A stretch of 64,000 bases of DNA from Takakia lepidozioides (lineage: Eukaryota; Plantae; Bryophyta): the NCBI GenBank assembly GCA_030704615.1, contig CM060732.1, positions 42,594,001 to 42,658,000 on the forward strand. The letters run 5' to 3'. The first letter of the stretch is position 1. Each line of letters begins with the position of its first letter. Positions 11,000 to 21,835 of the stretch are shown here, piece after piece. A model generated the notes under the pieces. It made no database searches, was not told the DNA's origin, and saw only the letters and a list, made by a program, of their open reading frames with translations. The translations under genes and the position numbers were made by a program.

Positions 11000-12420
11000 C
11001 TGCTGAAGCCGATTGGCCATGCCTTGGTCAACACCTGACCTCCGCGTCCTTGGCCATGTGGAGGTTGCCCTTGGCCTGCACCTCGTGCCCGACCACCTCG
11101 TCCTCTTTGGGCTGGTCCACCTCGCCCCCGCCACCACCATTGTTCCCTTGGAACTGGCCTGGGCGCAACTCAGGATGCAAGTCATGGCAAATACGGCCCA
11201 TCATGCCCAACTGTGCAACTGTGCAGGCTGTGCTTGTGCCGCCTTCTGCCACTCTCTGGGCAATCTCTCTTGACATGGGGTCCTCCACATATCCAACATA
11301 TCACCCTGGTTGCTGTTGGCCTGCAAAGATGCCACGGGCCTCTGCACCTGAGGTCCCCTGTAAGCTCCATGGAACTTGGGCTGGGCAACCTTGCCCCCCT
11401 GACCACGCTGTTGGGCAGTCCCTTGTGCTTGTGGGCTGACAGCTGTGCCCCGTACAGGCATGTCCTTACCAAATCCAATTGTAACAACTCGCTCCTCCAC
11501 CATGTTGAGCTCAATCCGCTCAGCCAGCAGAAACACATCTGCTAATGTGGGTTGGGCTGCTTGTAACAGGGTTGCATCTCGCACCCTTCTCTTGAGCTCC
11601 TTGTCCAGAATTCCATACCAAAACTGGATTGCCTGAGCTTCAGTAACCCCTTGGGTCACACTTATCAAGCGCCTCATACGAGTGTACGCCTCTCGCAGGC
11701 TCTCACTGGGTTTGCGCTGGAAGTCTTGCAAACTTCGCAGCTTCTCTGTCCGTACACCTTGGTAGTTCCTCCGCAACTCCTGGAAGAACTCCACCACCGG
11801 GTTGAATCTTGGCAAATGTGTTGTAGTCGTGGCAGGAGAAGCACCTTTTGAACTGGTACCACCTTCAGAAGTACCAGCACTACTTGCTCCACTACTAGTG
11901 CTGGAGTGGGAGCTATTGGTACTGATGCAGCTACTGGTCGCGTCGTGCCTCGAGTAATGGAGACGTAGTCAGGTGACCAATACATCCTCCACTCCTCAAT
12001 CTCTGCTTCATGTCCTCGCCTGAACTCGTGGTAATCGTCCATAGGCGGGCCTTCCAAATGCTGGAACAGTCCCTTCCACGCCATGAATGGGGTGAATAGC
12101 TGTGGATTGCGCATCTGCTGCAAATCACACCAGCTGTCGAACTCCTGGATAAAGTCATCCAACTCGATTGTGCCCACAGCTCCAGAGTACCTACGAGGCC
12201 CCTTGGTAGCTCCATACATCACCTCCATGTCGTCCCACAACAATGGCGAATGAAAGTGCACACCTGTTGATGAAGCCTCCGAGTCTGTGTCTGACGCTAC
12301 AGTAGTTGAGGGTGGCGGTGAAGGTGGTCTGAACCGAATACCTCGTCTTGTGACCCCACTCTCACTGTCACTGCTTGTAGCCGTACTCCCTCAAAACCCT
12401 TGGGTAACTCCGTAATGACA
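11000..12420 (-). CDS. Gag of Gypsy A (frameshifted)
   Basis: Capsid-like LQDFQRKPSESLREAYTRM; zinc knuckle CWICGGPHVKRDC and a second knuckle (CGHCGKYGHGDVQC in copy B). Confidence 0.85.
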
Positions 12421-12961
12421 CTCACAATGTGCACCTCCTCCACGTGACACTATAAGGCTCTAGTACTAATCTAATAGTGACACGGGTGGGCACCTGTTGC
12501 AGTCTAAGGGTCATATCCCAGGGCTCAGGGCACCTGCACCTGCATCCACCGCAAGAACTCCTATGGTTGGCTGGTCATCAACCCAGCCTCACCATAGAAG
12601 AAACACTGGTGGTCTTGCTGGTCACCACTCCAGCCTCACCACCGACAGCATACTCTAGGATTGACCGGTGATCAAATCCGGCCTAATCCCTATGAAAGCA
12701 AGCGCCCACACAAAACCAACATAGCGCACAGTCAAGCATGCAGGTGTTGGGGGGGATCCAAACACAAGAAATCAAAACATCAACACCCCCACACCAAAAT
12801 CCAGCAGCAACGCTGATCCTGCAGAATATCCCAGCCCAAAACCCCGGACTGACTGGCCTCCACCAAGAGAGGCTTTGGCAACTACAAGTACAAGGTAATG
12901 AAAATAGTACAGAGATGGAGGGGAAGAATAGAAGCCCGCCCAAGCAAGATCTAATCCTGAT

Positions 12962-13713
12962 CTATGCTATCAACTTCCAGACTTCTCTCAAAGTGCCTCG
13001 CTCTGCTTGATGGTAAGGTGTAGGAGGTATATCTATGTCCAGAAACCTGCCACTAACCTTGTCCCAAGCTACAGTAGCTCGCTCTAACCAACCCTCCTCC
13101 TCTTTCTGCCAGGTAGAGACAAAGCAACACTCTGCTATCTCCCGCTCACTGAACACTAAAGAAAACAAAGGTAGGGTCTGATAGTCTCTCAACTCGAAAG
13201 CTTTGAGACGATTGCGGGTGTCTTCATTGCGAATGACTGCATCGCCTTCAAACAGAACAAACTTGTCCTCGCTAATGAACCCCCGCTCGTGGTTGCCTTG
13301 TGCAGAGCGTGTCCGACTGCAACACTGTCTAATTGCACAAACTTGTGCAGCTCCTGCTCCTCTGCTCCAGTACACCACGGCCTTGTGGCTGAACACCTTG
13401 GTCCCCGGGGCTGTCTTTGGCTGTGTTCCAAGCCTAGCTTTCACCCACTTTGGTATTTCACCTACAGCTGCAGAGAACTGCTGGCTCCAACAGAGTTCTG
13501 ACTGTCCAAGGCGATATTGAGGCCCTCAATGCCAACTACAGCAGTCTGTTGTCTACTGCTAATGCCTGACTCCCAGTATGCAATCAACTCGTCCAACTGT
13601 TCTCCACTCAAATCAGTCTGAGTTCCTTGGGAAACATAAATCGTGTCCCCTTGTGTGCACAGACTAAGAGAAGAGACCTGCCCTTCAATTACGTCCTCAT
13701 TTCCCCCAGCCAT
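12962..13713 (-). CDS. Extra upstream ORF (ORF0, ~250 aa, unknown function) of Gypsy A
   Basis: ORFs 13462-13713 and 12962-13444 join across a frameshift. The protein is conserved in copy B (50464-51212). Confidence 0.7.
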
Positions 13714-14147
13714 GCATGGAGTACATCCACCAATTTGTCTCTCATATAGACCAGCACAGGTTCTAGAGACAGGATTGTGGATCTTTCATGGCACTCTCAC
13801 ACTCTAAAAATTCCATAGATTTTTAGCAAAGTCCCCAAAGCAGAAACCAGGTTTAGATAGGTAGATTTCCCCTTTCTGCAGCTATCCCCCAAAAACTGGG
13901 TCAAACAGAGTCCATTTGACAAAGATATGACCAATTAGGCTCTAAATCCTTTTAAATTAGATCAAAAGATTTTTATTTTATTTTTTTAACACCCAAACGT
14001 TCTCGTCATTACAACCTGTTCCCAGGTTATCTACGGGTTCCCGAGGCCGTTCCCCGACTATGCTGACTCCGGGTCTTTGCTCTCACGGGACTTCATGTTC
14101 GTCATTGCCCAGGGAGAGAAGCAAGACGGACGCAGACGAGGGCAGCG

Positions 14148-14219
14148 ATGGCCAAGCCTGCGCGAGCAAGCAGGAACAAGGAGGTGGTGTGGGGTGTTGG
14201 CCGATTCGGCCGATCAAAA
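14148..14219 (+). pseudogene. RPL6: Captured fragment of 60S ribosomal protein eL6 N-terminus
   Basis: MAKPARASRNKEVVWGVGRFGRSK resembles the plant eL6 N-terminal SRNPELxRGVG(K/R)(Y/F)SRS motif; short match. Confidence 0.6.
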
Positions 14220-14445
14220 CCTGATCAAAGGGTTGCGCATGAGCAGCTTGCATGCTCGTCAATCTCCAAAGCCATGCAGCAGAGATGCCTGCTCCTGGTT
14301 CTGCTCCGTCAGCTCCTACCAGCTCCTGGTTCTGCTCAGTCAGCTCCTACCAGCTCCTTGCTCTTAAAGGTTGTCCACTCAACCTCTCTCAAGCTGAGCG
14401 ACCTAGAGACTACAAACAACATGCTTCGGCATCTCTCGGGAATCC

Positions 14446-14788
14446 ATGGCGCATGCGTTGCTTGTGAAGCCTTTGGTTCTGGTTAGTCCCAGGATTTGCA
14501 GCTCAATTCAGCACCAGCTCCGACAAACCGCCTTCTTGCCTCTCCCTCTGAGATCTGCAAGGACGAAATGTGTCGCTTCCAAACCATCAGCAAGCTTGAC
14601 TTCTGAAGGATTCTGGACTCCTTCATCCAGTGACAGTCACCAAGTCTGGTTCATGGAGTGATCTGGAGTTACCCACCTCAGCTTATGCTTATGAGGGGCC
14701 AATTGCTCAGGGAGGGCAGGGCCCATCATCCATGTTGGCTGAGCGATTCCAAAGCGTGATCACTCAGCTTTTTCAACAACGAATCATT
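14446..14788 (+). pseudogene. CLPP5: Captured 5' fragment of plastid ClpP5 protease mRNA
   Basis: MAHA start and transit-peptide-like stretch, then GFWTP...VW...DLELPTS...AQGGQGPSSMLAERFQSVITQLFQQRII. Compare ClpP5 AQGQGPPPMVQERFQSIISQLFQYRII. Truncated before the catalytic core. Confidence 0.8.
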
Positions 14789-15730
14789 ATACCTTGGCTG
14801 GCCGATACTGCCCGTTCCAGCTGGAGTCGGCATTTTGTGTCTTCACAAAACCAAACAAAACCAAACTGCAGGAATTCGCGATTGCCTCAGTAAAGTGGAA
14901 CTCAATCTGCAGCCGCTGGTGCAATGGGACCTTGCCAAGCAGCCCTTCTTGATGTCAATCTGCAGCTCGCGCAAAGGAAGCGCAGCAAGAAAAACTCCTT
15001 CACAAATTGACGGCAGGCACCTCTTCCAACATGCACCACCTCAGCAGCAGCAAGGTCCAAGCCATTGGGTTTTTCATCAAAGGCGACAAGTGCAGTTACT
15101 GGGGAAATCTGCTCACCCTCAGCCTGCAGGTCCCCCTTTCTATATCAATTGCTCATACAACCCTTCTTAGAACCCTGTGTAGGAGCTTTCCGGATGTTTT
15201 TCCCTGCAGCCATGACGGACACTGTGAACGGGAGCTTGGCCTTCAACGCTACTGCTTGTTTGCGCTTCGAACATACGATTGTGATCTGCCCACCAAGCCA
15301 AGGTGTCTGCCACGTACTCCCCCGCTGCACGGATGGCATGCAGCTCAGTCTTTCAACCCGTTTTCTTTTGGTGGAATTCTGGCTCAAGCGGGGAGCTATT
15401 TCTGGAGCTCGTGTTTACCACCCTCCTACAACTGGCAACGAGAGAAACCCTACCAGCTGCTATACGACAGTGGTTTCAGGACCTTCGTCCAAGTAGCTAT
15501 GGATCCTTTACCCTGCACAGCCTTTCGACAAGATCATTGTGATCGAGGTCTGTCCTCAGAACCTCGCACTCGAACTAGATCGCAGCTTGCTTCTGCAGGT
15601 AGCTTGCAAGCGTGGAATCCCGTCTTCCCCTTTCAATCATAGGTTATGGTGAACACATTCTTCTGCTCCCCCCCCAAATCAACTTCCTCCAAAATACATC
15701 GCTCCTGTGCAACAACAACAAAACGGAAAA

Positions 15731-15817
15731 CACTTCTTGGACGAGCTTGGTATAGCTTATAACGAGTTGGAGAACCACGTTGTCATCAAGCATGCCGCTC
15801 TCTTCACCTCGACCATT
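15731..15817 (+). pseudogene. THI1: Captured internal fragment of thiamine thiazole synthase
   Basis: [29 protein letters not shown] matches the THI1/THI4 signature FLDExGxxYDE...[12 protein letters not shown]. Confidence 0.85.
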
Positions 15818-15875
15818 GACATAGTGCTAACATAAAAGAACTCTATCTAGCTTAGCACTACAAGAAAACTAGATA

Positions 15876-15893
15876 CAGCTCATCTCTCTCGAG
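15876..15893 (-). promoter_or_regulatory. Self-priming PBS of Gypsy A
   Basis: 15876-15894 is the exact reverse complement of LTR positions 16084-16102 (ACTCGAGAGAGATGAGCTG). There is no TGG tRNA-type PBS. Confidence 0.8.
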
Positions 15894-16251
15894 TGATAAG
15901 AAAGCTAAAAGGACACACACACTCCCAACACAAGAAATATGAAATCCATCGCTATCACTCTTTAAAACAGAAGTCGAGCCAGGGGCACCCCAAGCTGTGG
16001 GGACTCCACCCCACAACAACCTACACTCCCATCATGAGCACACTCAGTCCTAAACGATGCAGGAGCTCGGTCGCGCAGGCTCAACTCGAGAGAGATGAGC
16101 TGCGCGACTGCCGCTCTCGTGAAGATAAGACAGACCAGGTGTCAAAACTAAACTTGACACCTGATTTAACACTTGACCTAAATCCAAGTGTTAAATACAA
16201 ATAACTAGTTTTATTCTAGCTGTTTTCACACTGTGCTTATTTAACTTGACA
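15894..16251 (-). repeat. 5' LTR (repeat X) of Gypsy A
   Basis: TG...CA bounded. 16050-16251 matches 4616-4815 except for two 1-bp indels. Confidence 0.9.
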
Positions 16252-19010
16252 AAGGCACCAGGAATGAGACTGACTGGATTGGCAATTCGTCGACCCCATT
16301 TTGGCCTCAAGGTAGAGTTCCTGCAGGGACGTTCAAGTGTGCCCATTGCAACGCAGCCCCTACGTGCATGGCAGTGTGCAACGCCAAGCAGTACTACGTC
16401 GGGACCGTCGGCCCAGCGTGCACCAGAGCATGCATTCACATCGGAAAGCATGAGCACCCCCTCGCCAGAGGCAATTGCAGAGTCGCTTTTCAACAAGCCC
16501 AGGATATTATCAAGGAGGAGGTGAGGTTGAGGCCGGGTGCAAAACCAAAGCAGATACAGCTCGCATCGGCACATAGGATTGCAATTGGCAGAATAATGTC
16601 GGAGGACGGAAGCACAAGAGAGAAGCTGGGCGAGGGGGACATGAAGGACCTGCTGGAAGCTGTCTCCCATGTGTGCAGCCCCAATGTCAGGAACCACATT
16701 GTCAGCTGCAAGAAACGAATCGGAAGAGGATCAGACATGCACTCCATCTTGGAAGTGAAACGCACATGCGGCTACGACTTCATCCAAGGCAGCTTCTTTC
16801 CTGGTCAAGGCTCGGAGATGGACAGGTGCTTCATATTTAAGATGTCAACGTGCGGACCGGGGAGCGGCGTCGATTTGGTGAAGCGGATGACCAGTGGAGA
16901 CCTCTCAAATTGTTGGGTCATGTTTGACCACATCCGGTGAATTACCAACCACGATTGGGTGACAATGGGGGCACATGTATACGACCCACATTGCAGAAAG
17001 TTGATGACCATTGCTATCTGCGAAATGAAGGGAGAAGACACAGATTCGGAGTTGCATATGTGGCGCGGAATTAATGAGCAAATGGCGAGAGCCAAGTTGC
17101 CCCTCCCGATTTTAGGGGCTTCATGGCTGACAATGCCAGGCAAACTGGGCTGCAGTTAGGAGGGTATATGGGGACGACCCAAAGACTCCAATGGAAGGAA
17201 AGGAGAGATCTTGCGGGTTCCACTTCATGCAGAGTTTGACGCAAAACACGAAAAGGTTTGTGGCGTCACGCCACCGGCAGGATCATATCAGTATGTGCCT
17301 AGCGTGGAAAAATGCGAATTCCATCGACGAGGCGGAGACCGAGTTTTGCAACCATACGCGCCTGGTGGGTGTCTTCAGGGGCAGTGGATGTGAAAGATCA
17401 GCCAGAACTGCAAACGTGGCTTGGTGGTGGCATTATAGATTCCGCCAGTTTGGAGACTACATGAGACAGGTAACACAACTTTCTGTACCACTTGACAAAT
17501 TGTTCTGTTTTGTGCTTGGACATTCTCCACAAATCAGTGACATATCTAATTTCCTTCAACAGGACATGAGCTTGGAGGATGACACGATATGCCGACGACA
17601 AACATGGCCGAATCGGTGCACTCTTCCTGGCGTGCTTCCTCTGCAGCACATCTCGTGACATGTTGACAGCAACAACAGAAGATATTGTGAGGGCCATTCA
17701 TGCAACAATCTCATTACTACCAGTTTCTGGGAGGAAAGCAATGGGGTATCGGACCAGACAGGACCAGACAGGTATCGGACCAGACAAGCGGAGATGATGG
17801 AGAGGCGGGCGCATCGTTGGACCGATCCCAAAAATGGACTGCTGCATTGCGGGAAACTATAAGGTCAACGCCGTTACACAGTCGGGGGAACTGCCTGGAG
17901 GGCGATGTCCGCAGCCGGCCGGTGAAGAGAAGAATTGAGGACATGCCCGGAGGGGATGGGGATTCATGGAGATCAGATATGAACATCCGCACTCAACCTC
18001 GGGGCGCAACGATGTTGCGTCCCACGCCTCCACGAAGCAGGACTCGTACCCCCTCTCCTGCAGCATCCATGGAATCGCTGCCAGACTCGGGACAACATGC
18101 CGAGGATGGGCATGTTGCTCCTGTTTTCGTTACCCAATACAATATTCCAATCGTGGAGCGAGATGTGTCGGCCTCGCAGTGGAGAATTGCACGGACCCGT
18201 CCGACATTTCGTGGCAAATGTTGTGCTGTTCGTGTCGACACCAACCAGAGATTGCAATGAGATGATTCGGAGGAGCCCGCAGGGCGGTGTGCTGCCTCTT
18301 GCTTCACAGGGAGATTTGTGTGCGCAAAGTTTGTGGAGGCCACACTGAAGGAGTTTTGGTTCTGCAGGCACGACATCATGTCGTGTGTGTTCGGCAAGCC
18401 CAAGTATGGTGTACAAGGCATGCCTGAACCACCGGCAGTCTGGCCTGTGGCAACTGGTACAGATCTTACCCTGGAGGAGGCAGACGCTCTAGGAAGTGCA
18501 GGGTTTCGACTGGGGAGAGGACAGACGTTCCACGAAATCCAATTCCCAATCGTCATCCTCCTCCCACGAGAAGCTCTTCGCCCCGCATACTGGTGGGTGA
18601 CCCCGCAGCTTGGCCACCCATCGGTGGGGTAAACTGAAAAGACGGCGGCCACCAACAAAGGCGAACGACACCAGGATGGCCAACGCTCTTGCAATGCCCT
18701 GCATAGTGCAAGGTTGCAGGGATGTTCCTCACCCCGGGATGGGGCGCATATTTCAGTTGTCAACAGCCGGGTCTGCTGCGCGCAGTGTCGTGTATGCAAT
18801 CACGGTTTCACAGTACCCAGCTTGCAACTGTGAGGACTTCCTTGTTATGGAATCGAGGAATGCAGCATACGTCCCCTGCAAACACCTTATTACATTTTTA
18901 TGAAGCGCATGAGTTGCATATCCGCAGTTGACGTCTTCATCCATGCTCCAACACTGAGTTTCAACGAGCTGCACAAGGCCCTACGGCAGGATACTGGTCG
19001 GACTGCTTGA
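16252..19010 (+). pseudogene. MULE-like transposase with N-terminal GCM/WRKY-like Zn domain and C-terminal SWIM finger (5' part missing, frameshifts/introns)
   Basis: CAHC...C...HIGKHEHP; WVMFDH...VYDP...FMADNA...CGFHF (D..D..CxxH pattern); SWIM YPACNCEDF...VPCKHL. Confidence 0.7.
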
Positions 19011-20129
19011 CATTCCACATTCGGGAAGGAGAAAGTGGCAATTATATTACATTCATTCTTGCACCCTATTTTTTTGTGAGGAATTATACACTTGGTGGTG
19101 CCGCATCGCCATGGCTACATGTGAATTTTGTCCACCTTTATGAGAAGACTCCAATTTGCTACAAATACATTGTTACTGTTCTGCAAATGTGATGCCTTTA
19201 CAAGATTGCTAGTTCTGTGTCCCAGTGGGAAGGGTCCTACTGCACATTCCAGCATTTGCATACTGCACCTTGTGCAAACAGCAATCCATACGACAAAGGA
19301 CACGTCCAGCATATTGGCAGTGAATTGCAAATAACATTAACAGAAGATTATCGAAGCCTGTATATTCCCCATATGGCACAGGGAAGCTGCTTGATTTCTG
19401 AATGAAAATGTATGTGCCATGAGTGTCAGCAAGTTGAAACATGTCTACTCTAGCATGCAAGACCTATGGTCCCCTCGCCCAAGAAGAAGGAACTCGAACT
19501 GGCCTCTCAAGGACCTCCTCAGTGACCGGGTGCCTATATTTGAACAAAATGTCAGTGGTTTCTGTCGCCCGGTTGAAACTAACGAGGATGTCGTGTTTAT
19601 CGATAGCGCCCCCCTTGGTAGAAGGACATTTTCACAGTGGGCCCTGTGTTCCCCTCCTCCTCATCCTCATAACTGAAGAGAATGTCCCCACTTTCCGAGC
19701 CAGTCCGTCCACGCGTAAAGTTTTCACCTATGCACTCATCATACGTCCACTCGCAACAATTCCAGCGATACAGCAACGCTGTGCGTGATCTGTTCGGCTC
19801 CCACACATGCGGAAAGTCCAGGTCCATGATGCGTAGGAACCACCTGCTCCCCAGCCGGGGTCCAGGAGAATCGTGCAATCCTGGGAAGAAACTCCATTGC
19901 TCTCAGCTGGACAAGTCGAGGATCGTCCCTGTAAACATCCAGGAAGACAATGATGTCGTCTGCTTTCGGGAAAATGACTCCGTCTGGCGTCGATAGATGT
20001 GATTCGGGCACGACATGGCCTCACGACACAGCACGAACTCAAAGCAGGGAGGAGATGGGCACACAAAGAAGAGTGAAGAGCAAAATGAGAGCAAGGCCTC
20101 CTCACCGTAAGGCGGGTATTTGCTCTCCG

Positions 20130-20600
20130 ACGCCCAATTTCGGCGCCGTTATTACATGGAGTGCGGAAGCTTCAGCCGAGAATTTTGTTTCCGCAGGTCA
20201 ATTTCGGCGCCGTTATTGGTTGCAATCCCCAGCCTTCAGCCGGGTATTTGGTTTCCGGACCCAATTTCGGCGCCGTTATCGGCTGCACTCCGGTGGCTTC
20301 CGAATATTTGGTTTCCGGGGCCCATTTCGGCGCCGTTATCGCTGCACTCCGGGGATGCAGCTGGGTATTTGGTTGGCAGAGCCCAATTACTTTCACCGTT
20401 GTTGGCTTCACTCCCGAGCCTTCAGCGCGCTATTTCTTTTCCTGTGCCCAATTACGGCGTCGTTATACCCAACCATCCTGCACTTCTGCAATAGTACTAT
20501 CCACGGTTATAGGTTGCCATTGCGTTTTCGGAGTCTGCAAACCCGGATCCTAATTCCGCTTGCGTCTCTGCCTCTGGGATAATTTCGGTGCCGTTATTGC
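20130..20600. repeat. Subterminal ~60-bp repeats containing AATTTCGGCGCCGTTAT
   Basis: About six copies visible. Confidence 0.8.
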
Positions 20601-20639
20601 CCAGAATTCTGTTATTCTATGACCTGGCCTGGCGGTCCA

Positions 20640-20858
20640 TGAGCCTGGGCTCCAAGTCATGAGCGTACACTGGTACTCATGAGCGGAGTGCTTCCAGCAT
20701 GAGCGCGGAAATCTTCGATTTTTGATTATTTTATAGTTTTTGGCCCGAAAAAAATCTGCCGAAATTCGAAGTGTGTTACTTTGCGGCTCATGGGTTAGCC
20801 ATGCCCGCTCATGAGCTCATGAGCTCACCGCTCATGAGCTCATGGAATAGCAACCCCC
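20640..20858. repeat. Terminal inverted repeat region of MULE-like copy 1 (CATGAG-rich; reads GGGGGTTGCTATTCCATGAGC inward)
   Basis: Matches 37645-37706. Confidence 0.65.
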
Positions 20859-21169
20859 TGCTCGTGAGGAGGGCAGTACACTGTAGTGCTTGGGTTTTCC
20901 GCCATGGGAGATGTACACACAAGACTGCCAGGATGGCGTGCGGGCAAGCTCCCTGGTAGAAGGGGGATGCAACGATGGGAAGGAATGCGGTGCCGATTTG
21001 TCCGAGTGACGAAGCTTGATCCAAATCCAGGGAGCCAACTATCTCAAAAATCCACAGTCAGAGTGTTAATGAACCTTGTCTCCGGAATGCGGCCCCTGGT
21101 CTTTGCGCAATAACTGCCAACGGTATGCAGTCAGAAAGTGGGGGGCCGCCCGGATGATGTCGGCGGAAT

Positions 21170-21835
21170 GGGAGAAGCCGGCACCGGGCCGTCACATTAC
21201 TACCCCCGGATGGAAATTCGGCACCAAATATCCAACAGGGTTGCCCGGTTGAAGTCGCCTCGGGCGGACAGGCCGGCACCTGTCCGACAGAGAACATCCC
21301 CGGATGGAAATTCAGCGCCGAATTTCCATCCGGGGCCCCCCAAAGGAAGTCGTGTCGGGGGGTCAGGCCGAAACTGGCTGACATAAAAACCTCCCCGGAT
21401 GGAAAAACGGCGCCGAATTTCCATCCGGGGGCCGTTCGGTGCAGTCGGTCGGGGGGAGTGGCCGGCACCTGGCCGTCACATTACAAACCCCGGACGGAAA
21501 TTCGGCACCGAAATCCAACTGGGGCCGCCCGGTTGAAGTCGCCTCGGGTGGAGAGGCCGGCACCTGTCCGACAGAGAACATCCCCCGGATGGAAATTCAG
21601 CGCCGAATTTCCATCCGGGGCCGTTCGGATGCAGTCGGCTCGGGGGGAGTGGCCGGCACCTGGCTGTCACATTACAACCCCCGGACAGAAATTCGGCACC
21701 GAATATCCAACATGGGCCGCCGGGTTGAAGTCGCCTCGGGCGGAGAGGCCGGCACCTGTCCGACAGAGAACATCCCCCGGATGGAAATTCAGCGCCGAAT
21801 TTCCATCCGGGGCCCCCAAAGGAAGTCGTTCGGGG
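21170..21835. repeat. ~288-bp tandem repeat array, left part (split by chromovirus insertion)
   Basis: Unit contains three GGAAA..GGCGCC..TTCC-type palindromes; continues at 28726. Confidence 0.9.

Larger units (their letters stand above)
4389..16251 (-). mobile_element. Ty3/Gypsy-type LTR retrotransposon A encoding a DNMT3-like methyltransferase and a PHD finger
   Basis: Gag zinc knuckles, LLDSGA protease, C5-MTase motifs, YIDD RT, RNase H, HHCC/DDE integrase and PHD in one orientation. Terminal repeats X at 4475-4815 and 15894-16251. No TSD found (ATCAG vs AAGGC). Confidence 0.92.
1..20858. mobile_element. MULE-like DNA transposon copy 1 (left end outside window); divergent ParB-like gene (-) and transposase (+); interrupted by Gypsy A
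   Basis: Transposase/SWIM motifs at 16252-19010. Right terminus ...GCTCATGGAATAGCAACCCCC (20858) matches the terminus at 37706 (...GCTCATGAAATAGCAGCCCCC). Palindrome arrays are shared with copy 2. Confidence 0.6.

Noticed and set aside
14790-15700. Additional gene identities within cargo slot A
   Set aside because: The sequence looks transcript-derived, but I could not recognise a protein family, so it is left unassigned.
4389-16251. DIRS/Ngaro tyrosine-recombinase element, suggested by the split repeats
   Set aside because: No tyrosine recombinase motifs recognised; a protease and an HHCC/DDE integrase in Gypsy order are present.
4384-16256. Target-site duplication for Gypsy A
   Set aside because: Neither the flank outside Y (ATCAG) nor the flank outside X (CACAA) matches the right flank AAGGC, so no TSD is claimed.
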